Origin: Octopus vulgaris | Taxonomy: Eukaryota | DNA: 64,000 nt | Reading direction: 5' to 3' | Assembly (NCBI GenBank): GCA_951406725.2 | Contig: OX597827.1 | Location: forward strand, 60,450,001-60,514,000 | Shown here: positions 1 to 11,157 of the stretch, piece by piece | How positions within the stretch are numbered: position 1 is the stretch's first letter | Layout: each line of letters starts with the position of its first letter | Position numbers and translations under genes: made by a program | Notes under the pieces: generated by a model | Seen by the model: the letters and a program-made list of their open reading frames with translations, nothing else | Databases searched by the model: none | What the model was told of the DNA's origin: nothing

Positions 1-484
1 GCTTAAGGTATTTTCGTGCCTGACATCACCATATGCGTCTGAATAAACATAGCCAGACAGCAAATAGAGTCTTCAATATTGCTTAGAAAATAATTTTCAT
101 TTTTAACCTCGTATATAGTACGCACTAAGGATTTTGACCTTTAAATTTTGGGAAAAAAATGCGAATTATACTCGAGGATTTACGGTATACTAAAACACGT
201 ACATGCTTCCAAGATTAGAACGAGATGCAAAGGTGGCATGCATATTTTTCTAGGTGCAGGCATGGCTGTGTGACAGCTTTTTAGTATATTTGATATACAA
301 AAACTGCTTGTCTTAGCAGTTCACTAAAAAGAAACCAATAAAATAAGTACAAGGCTTTAAAAAGCAAATACTGGGTTCAATTTGCTCAACTTAACCCTGC
401 AAGTCCAATGACTTATAAAAGATAATATATATAATTCAATATTTGATATGCATATAGTGAACGTCCCAAATTAAGGCACCCTTA

Positions 485-880
485 AGACGGCGAGCTAGCA
501 GAAACATTAGCACACCAGGTGAAATGCTTAACGGTATTTCGTCTGTCTTTACGTTCTGAGTTCAAATTCTGCCAAGGTCGACTTTGCCTTTCATGATTGT
601 TGAATTAAGTACCAGATACGCACTGGGAGCGATATAATCGACTTAATCTATTTGTCTGTCCTTGTTTGTCACCTCTGTGTTTAGCCCCTTGTGGGTAGTA
701 AAGAAATAGGTATTTCGTCTGCCGTTACATTCTGAGTTCAAATTCCGCCAAGGTCGACTTTACCTTTCATCCTTTCGGGATTGATGAATTAAGTACCAGT
801 TGCGTACTGGGGTCAATCTAATTGACTGGACCCTGCCCCAAATTTTGGGCCTTGTGCCTATAGTAGAAAAAAAAAAAAAA
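485..880 (+). mobile_element. Composite (dimeric) SINE family A
   Basis: Head-body-tail1 then a headless body-tail2, joined at AAAGAAATAG|GTATTTCGTCTG. Confidence 0.8.
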
Positions 881-1465
881 AGTAAAGGCACCTTTGGGAT
901 TTGTGATGTTGTAATTGGGAAAATTCTGTTGCAAGGCCCAAATTCCTCAAAATGTTTTGTGTTCCTCATTAGAGGAATAAACCAGTGTATCAAAAAATAC
1001 CTACTGTTTATTCAAAAATGGTTCACAGTACAACAGTATAAATGAATCAGTATAAATAAACAATAAAACCATCAATAGTTTCAAATGGCAAGTTTGGTCA
1101 AAACTTAAAACTCCATTCTCACAATTATTATTATTATGGATTGGCAGAATGAAGCGAGCAGACAGAATCATTAACATGCCAGACAAAATATTTAGCTTCA
1201 TTTTGTCTTTAAGTCCTGCATTTAAGATTCTGCTGAGGTTGACTTTGTTTTTCATCTTATCAGGGTCTGTAAAATAAGTACCAGTTGAGCAGTGGAGTCA
1301 ATGTAATTGACTATCCCTCTCCCACAAAATGTCAGGCCTTGTGCTTGTGACAAAAAGGATTGTTATATTATTAGAGAGTTGGACAAAGTGTCTTGCAGTG
1401 TTCAGTTATGGTCCCTTACATTCTGAGTTCAAATCCCACCAAGATCAAGGTTACTTCAGAGAAAG

Positions 1466-1760
1466 ATAGGGAGAGAAGGAAAGAAAGGAAAAGAGAGGGA
1501 GAGAAAGAAAGAAAAGAGAAGGAGAGAAAGAAAGAAAGAAAAAGAGAGGTAGAAAGAAAGAAAAGAGAGGAAGAGAAAGAAAGAAAAAGAGAGGGAGAGA
1601 GAGAAAGAAAGAAAGAAAAAGAGAGGGAAAGAAAGAAAGAAAAGAGGGAGAGAAAGAAAGAAAAGAGAGGGAGAGAAGGAGAAAGAAAGAAAAGAGAGGG
1701 AGAGAGAAAGAAAGAAAGAAAAGAGAGGGAGAGAGAGAAAGAAAAAAAAAGAGAGGGAAA
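1466..1760. repeat. Polypurine (GA-rich) low-complexity repeat
   Basis: Imperfect repeats of AAAGAAAGAAAAGAGAGGGAGAG. Confidence 0.9.
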
Positions 1761-1965
1761 ACAAATTATTTATCTAAGGTTTCTCTGGCAATTTCAAACC
1801 AGAGGATTTCCACACAATGACAATTTGGGATCAGAATCAACAAAAATATTTGTAAACTAGGGAGTTCAAATGCTTTTTTGGAGATACAAACATTACAATG
1901 CTTCATGTATAAAATTTTGTATGTGTTGTTAGAAAGGAGCGTAAATTTATTTCAGTAGTTAATTA

Positions 1966-2169
1966 TGAGTGGGGTGCTGAAAAGTTCCTGCCTTTGTGTA
2001 AAAGAAAATACAAGACGATCAGTTAATTATGATTTTATCCAAAATATTTCCCGCTCAAATTCACACATTTATTGCAGCAATCCTTCAGTTTTTCTAAGCT
2101 GTATTTTCTAAGTTCCAACCAGGCCTTTCATGATACCCTTAAAGCCAGGAACATTTCAGCACCCCTTCA
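1966..2169. mobile_element. Tc1/mariner-type MITE
   Basis: Imperfect TIRs GGGGTGCTGAAAAGTTCCTG / CAGGAACATTTCAGCACCCC, flanked by TA on both sides. Confidence 0.7.
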
Positions 2170-2534
2170 TATATCAAAATACTGTATTCTTTTATTTGTT
2201 TCAGTCATTAGGGGCACTGCCTTCAAGGATTTAGTTGAACAAGCCAACACTAGTGCTTCTTTTCTTAAGTCTCTCTTTTACTTGTTTCAGTTATTTGACT
2301 GTGGCCATGCTGGAGCACCGCATTCAGTCGAGCAAATCGACCCCAAAACTTATTCTTTGTAAGCCTAGTACTTTTTTCTATCGGTCTCTTTTGCTGAACT
2401 GCTAAGTTACGGAGACGTAAACACACCAGCATCAGTTGTCAAGCGATGTTGGTGGGGACAAACACAGACACACAAACGTATACACATACACACATACATA
2501 TATATATATATGCATATGTTCTATTCTTTTATTA

Positions 2535-2575
<41 letters not shown>

Positions 2576-3313
2576 TACGACGGGCTTCTTTTTAGTTTCC
2601 GTCTACCAAATCCACTCACAAGGCTTTGGTCGACCTGAGGCTAAAGTAGAAGACAATTGCCCAAGGTGCCACACAGTGGGACTGAACCCAGAACCATGTG
2701 GTTCATAACCAAGCTACTTACCACACAGCCACTCCTACGCCTAGTAATTATGGGACCATAAACAAAACAACATTTTTGATTCAGTTATTGTAGGCCTCAG
2801 TTCATTTTCCCACTGCTCTCCACATCAACTTAGATGTCCTAAAAATAGAAGGCCTGGTTCTAGTTGACATTTCACAGCCTCTGACTTATTACTCATCTTT
2901 CAGATGCAAATATAAAGAAGACAAGAGACCTACAGGTGACACACAGATTCAATTAGGCAATTAGCAAATTACTTTCCTTTTGTCCATTTAAGCTTGGGAA
3001 ACCTTCTTTGATGAGTATGACAGCTCATCAAAGAAGGTTTTACCACCAACTATCACACACGCACACAATCGATTACAATTACTGTTATGTCCAACTACCT
3101 TCCTGTCATGACACTTACTTATCCTGCACATGTATTCAAATTCTAAAGACAAACAAGCATTTTTACATTCATACATATTTGCACATAAAACAAGTACCAG
3201 ATCAGTACTGGGGTTGATGTAAATGGCTTGTGCCCCTCCCCACCAAAATTGCCAGCCTCGTAGCAAAATTTGAAACCAGTATTAACCCTTGTTGACCATA
3301 TAAATAAGTATTT

Positions 3314-3718
3314 GGATCTTTTCGGTTTGAACGGCAGTTTTTTAACATAATTTCTAGGTAACTAACCACTTTTAAACTTCGTATACTGGTAGTATGTGTT
3401 TATAAAAGATTTTTTTCTCTTGGCTTTATTGAGAAAATTCTATAGTTTGTAAGATATTTGTTGTTTTTTTTCTTCAATTTCTGCAATTTCAACCAATCAA
3501 TGACGTCTATTGAGGTGAAAACATTCTGTGCCGTATGAATATGTCCCTCGTTTAAGAAACAGATTGGGTTTATTTACATTTGTGAAGAAAAAAAGATACC
3601 CCCCCAACCCTAACCCTAAAACAAATTGAAATGCAGTAGATCGATACTAGGGTCATAATTATGGGTGACAATTTCATGACACTGCTAGAAAAAACTCCCG
3701 TTCAAACCGAAAAGATCC
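3314..3718. mobile_element. MITE with ~29-bp TIRs and 8-bp TSD (Merlin-like)
   Basis: TIR GGATCTTTTCGGTTTGAACGGCAGTTTTT; TSD AAGTATTT at 3306-3313 and 3719-3726. GG termini with 8-bp TSD fit Merlin/IS1016; superfamily is inference. Confidence 0.88.
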
Positions 3719-3748
3719 AAGTATTTTTACATATAATAACATTTTGTT

Positions 3749-3779
<31 letters not shown>

Positions 3780-4074
3780 AATATACATATACACTTGTTA
3801 AGCCAAGTAAAATCATAGTTGTGACAGGTGCAAGTGATACATAAAAGCACACCTGCTGTTAAGATATAAAAGGCCCCCACAATACTCTTGGAGTGGTTGG
3901 CATTATGAAGGGCATCCAGCAGTGGAAACCAACCCAAAGTCAGACTGAAACCTGGTGCAGTTCTCCGGCTTACCAATTCCAGTCAAACCGTCTAACCCAT
4001 GCCAGCATGGAAAGCGGAAGCTAAATGATGATGATAGATAGATATACATCCGGAAGATTATAACAATAATGGTT

Positions 4075-4609
4075 TCAAATTTTGCCACAAGGGTAACCGT
4101 TTTGGGGAAGGGGATGTGTCAATTACATCGACCACAGTCTTCAACTGGTACTTAATTTATCGATGAAAGGCAAAGTCCACCTCGGCGGAATTTGAACGCA
4201 AACGAAATATCTATTTCTTTATTACCCACAAGGGGCTAAACATAGAGGGGACAAACAAGGACAGACAAACAGATTAAGTCGATTATATCGACTCCAGTGC
4301 GTAACTGGTACTTATTTAATCGACCCCGAAAGGATGAAAGGCTAAGTTGACCTCGGCGGAATTTGAACGCAGACGAAATATCTGTTTCTTTGTTACCCAC
4401 AAGGGGCTAAACATAGAGGGGACAAACAAGGACAGACAAACGGATTAAGTCGATTACATCGACCCCAGTGCGCATCTGGTACTTAATTTATCGACCCTGA
4501 AAGGATGAAAGGCAAAGTCGACCTCGGCGAAATTTGAACGCAGAACGTAAGACGAAATACTGCTAAGCATTTCGCCCGGCGTGCTAACGATTCTGCCAGC
4601 TCGCCGCCT
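4075..4609 (-). mobile_element. Composite (trimeric) SINE family A
   Basis: One head followed by three body units on the minus strand. Confidence 0.8.
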
Positions 4610-6029
4610 TTACAATAATAATGTTGATATGTTCGCACGTTTGTATCGTTTTTATCGAATTCATATAAACGAATACGCAAAAACTATAACAGACCACGTG
4701 ATATGAACGGAGACGGAAGTGAGAAATATATACATTATGCATCAATCACTTCCTCGTTCTGTAAAAAAACATAACAATGTAGGCAGCTAAAGAAATGAAT
4801 GAAATGGATTCGCCACCAACAAAATAAATCTTCGCTTAACTGAACGAAGGATTCGTAGTATTTCCACTGGGAGTAGCTAATTTACTCAAACATTGCTGCA
4901 ATAAGCCAAACAAAGCATTTTGCAACAATCCGTAAATATACATTATCTATACACACACACAACATAAGAGATCGTTCCTTGCACAGTGCTCGTGTTTGTA
5001 TCTATCAACACGTTCGTTTGACAATTTTGGACATAGCAGCTAAATTCCTTCAAATCTAAGTCGCATAGGCACTTATACAATTTTGTTGACTTCTTACTCT
5101 TGTATAGTGTAAATAACAACACTGTGATGTCAAAACACAGAAAACTACACAACATCAGTTGTGTTTGATCATGTTTTATTGGATTTTAACACATTAAAAA
5201 AAAAAAGTCTTGTGAGACTTTTATATTTATTTTCAATTTCTGTTTTCTTTTATGTTTACTTAGCATAACAGACATAAAAATATATATATATCCAATTCAG
5301 TTTAGTTCGAAATTGATTGTTCTTTCTCTCTTTCGTGCTCTCGGTTCAAACCCCACCGAAGTCAACTTTGTCTTTTATCTTTTCGGGGTCGATAAAAAAT
5401 ATATATATCTATCCAAGACGAATTGTAGAACTGTTTGATCGCATGTCTTGCGGTATTTGCTCTTTGCGTTCGGAGTTCAAGTCCCGTCGGGTTGTAGACT
5501 TAATCCGGCGCCCGATTTAACATCAACCAAAAATTCGGCCCGATTCATTTTAAGGATCGAGGATTCATACCCTCCCACTTGTCTCGGAGACTAAACGACC
5601 GTAGGGACTGCCCTGCCTTTTTTATTAAAAGATTAAAAAAAAAATAATAAATGCTTATCAATATTTGTAGATCATGTCATTTCATTTTATATCGTTATAC
5701 ATCAGAACCAATTTTGCATCTTTCTATCTTTACAACAATCACTTTCATTATATCGCGTAAAAGTGACTCATTCATTTTAGACTTTATGATATCCCAGACA
5801 AAGAAAAAAAACCGCATTATATATGTCTGTGAGTGTGTAAAATATTGATCTGGACTGTACAGCGCAAATACTTAAGGTGCCAATCACAGTGGGATTTCTG
5901 AGTCAACTGTTTGTCGCATTGAACGGTTATATATATAAATAATGTAATCCACAAGCGTGTAAATATCAGAGGGAAAAACTATCGCATTAAAATTCGTTTG
6001 AAATCTTGTCAAACTTGGGAATTTAAAAA

Positions 6030-6641
6030 ATGCTCAAGGCGATACATGCTGGAGAAAGTCGTTTCCATTGCGAAATGTGTGGGAAAACATTCGTTAACAA
6101 CAGTGTTTTAAAAAGACACAAAATAAGACACAACGAAGAAAAATCTTATCACTGTGATATTTGTGGGAAATCTTTTGTCACTAATTCGAATTTAGGTAGT
6201 CACAAAAAGATACATATTACAGAAAAACCGTTTCCTTGCGAAATCTGTGGCAAATCGTTCGTTCGTAATACGCATTTAAAAAGTCACATACGGACACATA
6301 CGGGAGAAAAACCTTTTCACTGCGAGACCTGTGGGAAATCGTTCACTCAGCAGCTTAGTTTGAAATCCCACATACGAACGCACACGGGAGAAAAACCGTA
6401 TAATTGTGATATATGTGAGAAATCTTTCACCGTGAAATCTGCTCTTGTAGTTCACAAGCGATCACATACTGGGGAAAAGCCTTTTCGCTGTAAGATATGT
6501 GGGAAGTCTTTCAGCAACAACAGATTAAAAACACACGAAAAAGTACACACTGGGGAAAAACTATATCACTGTGAAATCTGTGGGAAATCTTTCAGTGAAA
6601 ATGGTAGTTTAAAATCCCACAAAAGAGTACACACTGGATAG
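6030..6641 (+). CDS. Intronless C2H2 zinc-finger protein (ZNF-1), 7 fingers, 203 aa
   Basis: Seven C-x2-C-x12-H-x3-H units (one with x11) joined by TGEKP-type linkers; no effector domain visible; ends TG-stop. True start could be on an upstream exon. Confidence 0.85.
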   Translation: MLKAIHAGESRFHCEMCGKTFVNNSVLKRHKIRHNEEKSYHCDICGKSFVTNSNLGSHKKIHITEKPFPCEICGKSFVRNTHLKSHIRTHTGEKPFHCETCGKSFTQQLSLKSHIRTHTGEKPYNCDICEKSFTVKSALVVHKRSHTGEKPFRCKICGKSFSNNRLKTHEKVHTGEKLYHCEICGKSFSENGSLKSHKRVHTG

Positions 6642-6660
6642 AATGTCTATCACTGTAAAA

Positions 6661-7023
6661 TCTCTATATATAAACGGCAAAATGTGCGTGTGTGTCCTTT
6701 ATACAAATCCACAATTTTTCAGTTAGAGGGCTCGCACTTTCTATGGTCATTCAAAACCGTCCAAGGGTGGTCGTGCACATCTTTACATTTCCCCAGTCAC
6801 CCCACAAAGCCATTAAAAAAAAATCAATAGAAGTGACTTTTTTGTGAATTTCCTATCCAAAACCCTATCAAAATGCCCAAAACTTGATACGCCAATTGAA
6901 TGCCAGCTAGCTGTATGTGATTGGTCGGAGGTTTGGACAGTACTCGCGTGTATGTGCACACGCACACAGCTGTATATGCATGCACTAGCATTATGACCCA
7001 GCGTTGCCGGGTCATAGTGCTAG
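6661..7023 (+). mobile_element. Non-autonomous Helitron
   Basis: Starts TC(TCTATATATAAA), ends in hairpin ATGACCC...GGGTCAT + CTAG, inserted between A6660 and T7024 without TSD. Confidence 0.85.
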
Positions 7024-7351
7024 TATGCAGTAAATCTTTTTTTAGGAATTGCTCAAATTCTATCTGATTCGTGAGTATACTCTCAGAAATATGTCAAACT
7101 GTTCACTTTAGTTGTCCATTTGTATCCATGGATAAAAAGCATATTGGTGTGAAGTAGATGGAAATTTTGACTCTATAAGTCAAGTTCATAAACCTTTTAG
7201 CATTCAGATTTCTTTGCCAAATGTATTGCTTATTTATTCACATTGTTTTGAATTAATGCATTATTTTGTAGATTCAAGATTTCAACAATGTGTTTGTATA
7301 TTTTTAGAATTACATTGTAGGGTAGGTATGAGAGGTTGGATCTAGTCAGTT

Positions 7352-7580
7352 TTCGCTTTCCTGTGTGACCCTTCTGTCTGGCAGTCGCCATGATAGATCG
7401 GTAGCCACCACACACATTTTCTTTCTCTCCTTGTTTCTTTCTGTGTTCCTTTCTGTGGAAGAGCGTAGGCTCGAAACGTCAAGGACTTTTTCAATTCTTG
7501 AGTGTTATACTAATACATCTGTTTGTTTTCTACACCACCTGTCTTCGTCTTTTGTTTTTTTTTCGTGAATTCTCCCCCTA
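7352..7580 (+). mobile_element. Penelope-like pseudo-LTR fragment with variant hammerhead-like motif; second copy at ~56093-56233
   Basis: 7437-7580 matches 56097-56233; contains CTGTGGAA-GAGC-gtag-GCTC-GAA-ACGT-C. Confidence 0.5.
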
Positions 7581-8352
7581 TAATATTTGGGTGAGATTAA
7601 ATGCTAAATGGTTAAACCAGCCATATCAGGCCCAAATATTCTACTTGTTTTATGTTCAAACTGACCAGATTTAGCCTTTCACACCTACCCTACACAATGT
7701 CATTCTAAAAATAAACAATTACATTATCAAAATCTTGAACTTATGAAATAGTGCATGGTTGATTCAAAACAATGTGAATCAATAAGCATTGCATTTGACA
7801 GAAAAAATTGAATTGTAAAGGGTTAAAAAAAATACAGCGTATTAAAAAAAATTAGGATTTTAGAAGCAATTCTGAAATCATTTTCTCTGAGTTGTGTTTT
7901 GTATTGTCAAACAAATACAAATTACTGAAATATATTGTTTTTTTTTATATAATTGTGGATAATTTTGGTGTGATCCACGAAGAATATGCAGAATTTATGG
8001 ATAAACATTCTGACATTATGTATGTCATACTTTTCACACTTATGACTGGTTTCAGATAATCTATGTTATTGTAAATGCTGCTGCTCTTATAAAATAATAT
8101 ACATTTGTATATTTTAAATGGCTTTGTGCAACTTTACCATAGAGTAAATTGTTCTAGTTTGGTAAACAAAATGCAGTTAATAAGTTGGTAAAATATATTT
8201 TCTGAAAATAGAAAGAATTAAAATAAATTTGTGTAAAAGCTTCTCATTTGTAATCTCAAGATGTTTTACTTCAGTTTAAATTATGAAGCATGATCAGGAA
8301 TTAAAGACTTAAAGCTACCATAATTTTTAGTGGTATTTTTTGGATTGTTCAA

Positions 8353-8749
8353 TCTCTCTATATATAAAGCTGAAGTTGTCTGTGTATGGCAGGTTTGGTA
8401 GCCTTCAACTAACACTATCTCCCCCGAGACCCTGTGGCGCAAGTTGACCAAAATTGAGTGTATGATAGAAGAAGGCTTGCTCTTCCTTCTGTAGAAAAAA
8501 AATTCAAATCTGACCATGTTAACACCAAAAATTATTTACATCAAAAAGGTGCTTTTTTTCTATGAAAATCCCTATTTTTTACGATTTTTTGACTGCTGTG
8601 TCATCATTTTTTGGTGTATTTCAACCAGAAAAGTGTTCACTTAAAGAGAATAACAAGTTACATAATGCAAAATGTTTGCTTTTCAAAAATTCCAATTCTA
8701 AAGGGTCGAAAAGAAAACAAGCCCGAGCAACGCTGGGCTATACTGCTAG
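8353..8749 (+). mobile_element. Non-autonomous Helitron
   Basis: 5' TCTCTCTATATATAAAGC, 3' hairpin GCCCGAGCAACGCTGGGC (8721-8738) then CTAG; A|T target. Confidence 0.82.
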
Positions 8750-9812
8750 TGTAATATAATTCTAGATTAAAAGACTATGAAAACCAGTTTATAAATATAA
8801 TGTGTTTAATAAAATATACTCTACTACAAAATATCTCACTGAGCATAAATTATTCGGACTGAAATTTTTAGCACCTTCTAAGTCTTGAAACATGAGGCAG
8901 TAAAAATACATATTTAGAATGAGTATTTTAACTCATTGCTTCAGTTGTTGAAGTTTTCATTCAGTGGTGGTTCTGCTGCTTGTCGGTTAACATTGTTATT
9001 CTGTGTTGGGTCTTGGACAGCAGTGTAGCACCAGGCTAGCCAATGTTGATGCTTAAAGACTTGACATGTGACTATACCAGATGAAGGGTCAGCTGTAGAT
9101 TGTATCACAGATGGTAGTCCAGTCTGTTTCTTGTCTTGTTTGTTGGACACACAGAAAGTTTCCATCTACTACCTCGTGATTTGTGTAGCTATGTGGTATC
9201 AAACTGATGGATTTCTTTTAATGACAGACGTTTATGCAACAGTTATGTCTTGCTCTTACAACAGAATTGCTTTCTTAGAGGAATTATAAAAACAATGCTC
9301 AAATTTCAAACTCGGTTTGTGAGGACTTGGTGACATTACTAAGCTCCTACTTTATACACCTTTCTACATTGATAGGAATTGCCTGAAGGAGGGTTTCCCT
9401 AGACTGACAGTGTTAGAGTTATTGTCTGTTGAGGGTTTCACTAAAGTCTTCTCTTAACAAATTAACTTTTACCGTTGACAGAAACAAATATTTGTGTAGA
9501 AATAGTAGAAAATTATTCTCTCTAACTTGCACATTGGGTGAAAATGTTTATTACTTTATATGAATTTTAGGTCTCATGTTTCAACAAACTACAAAATAAC
9601 AATTCAAGATACAACACACATTGTATATTCATATTCGTTTAATATCATAATTTTATTAGCTTTTTACATTGTAGTATGGTTTGTACAAATTTGCTGTGTG
9701 GTAGATTGCTTAACATCTAAATCCAGTTTTACATCATATGCAGATCCCAGGACATTGAGATTTGATCTCACAACTTGTGGTTGTGGCTACACAAATTATA
9801 TATTATAAAATA

Positions 9813-10096
9813 CTAGCAGTATCGCCCGGGTTTGTAAAGGAAATAACTATATAAGCATTTTTAGAGAGTTACTTCCTTTATATAAACCGAGCAAAAAATG
9901 CATTAAAAAAACGAAAAAATGATGGTAAATTTTTTTTTAAATCGTAGACGTGCGCTAATACCCAGAAGGGCTCGATATGAATCACGACTATAAGATACCC
10001 GCTTTTGGTTAAACTGCACCGCAAAATGTGGGAGTAGTTAGGAATCTAAATCGGAGGAGACAGACTCTCACACAACCTCAGTTTTATATATAAAGA
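9813..10096 (-). mobile_element. Non-autonomous Helitron (3' hairpin partly deleted)
   Basis: Minus strand begins TCTTTATATATAAAACTGAGG and ends ...CCCGGGCGATACTGCTAG, similar to the ends of 8353-8749. Confidence 0.7.
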
Positions 10097-10214
10097 TATA
10101 CTGACCGCAAATAATGTAGCAGGTCACAATAGAACACAAGTGTGTATGTGTGTGCATGTGTACATATGTATTCCACATGTATATTATGTGATTGTATATG
10201 TTCACTCAAAAAAC

Positions 10215-10740
10215 TCAAATGGATAATCCCTGAAGTATTTTACAAATTTTCACCATTTCTGTAGTCAATTGTATCTAGAGAATACAGAATCCAAGCATTT
10301 CTAGGTTTCTCTGCAAATCTGTTGTTATATAACCCAATGCACCTATTATAATAGGAACAAATGAAAATCTATAGCCTGGATGTAAGAGCTGTAGATCTCT
10401 CATCAGTTCTTCATAGATGTTCTCCTTTTTCCCAAGTTTGCACAAGACATTCACATCTGCTTGGCTGCTGATATTTACAACATTGTGCAACTTTTGCTTC
10501 CTGTCCCATACAAATATGTCTGGCATATTTGTTTATTCTGTCACTCTAGGTTGCTGTTTTTACTGGAATGTTCCACCAGTATTCTATAATTTTAAAAGTG
10601 GGAATACTTACTGGTTCTGGTGTGCCTTTGGCATAGCCAGCAAGACAATCCTTCCTGCATATAGTATTGTAAACACTCTTAACAATGTCATCTCATGGGA
10701 AAGTAAGATCTTACAGACATTTTTGAACAGCTTTTGGTGA
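10215..10740 (-). mobile_element. 3' fragment of an RLE-type LINE (R4/Dong-like) encoding a restriction-like endonuclease remnant
   Basis: Minus strand EYWWNIPVK then PDIFVWD...KKENIYEELMRDL...VPIIIGALG, a PD-(D/E)xK-type layout. Confidence 0.7.
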
Positions 10741-10762
10741 TATGAGTAAAGTCTTTTACATA

Positions 10763-11157
10763 GGCGTAGGAGTGGCTGTATGGTAAGTAGCTTGCTTACC
10801 AACCACATGGTTCCGGGTTCAGTCCCACTGCATGGCACCTTGGGCAAGTGTCTTCTACTATAGCCTCAGGCCCACCAAAGCCATGGGAGTAGATTTGGTA
10901 GACAGAAACTGAAAGAAGCCCGTCGTATATATGTATATATATATGTGTGTATGTTTGTGTGTCTGTGTTTGTCCCCCCAACATCGCTTGATAACCAATGC
11001 TGGTGTGTTGACGTCTCCGTAAATTAGCGGTTTGGCAAAAGAGACCAACAGAATAAGTACTAGGCTTACAAAGAATAAGTCCTGGGGTCGATTTGCTCGA
11101 CTAAAGGTGATGCTCCAACATGGCCACAGTACAATGATTGAAACAAGTAAAAGAGTA
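10763..11157 (+). mobile_element. tRNA-derived SINE family B (~400 bp, internal TA/TG microsatellite)
   Basis: Head GGCGTAGGAGTGGCTGTATGGTAAG...GGGTTCAGTCCC; tail GAAACAAGTAAAAGAGTA. Other near-full copies: 2273-2741 (-), 11690-12005 (-), 32857-33218, 47703-48094, 54200-54535, 62769-63160. Confidence 0.88.

Noticed and set aside
1393-1860. 155-aa K/E/R-rich ORF and its antisense F/S/L ORF
   Set aside because: Produced by a GA-rich low-complexity tract.
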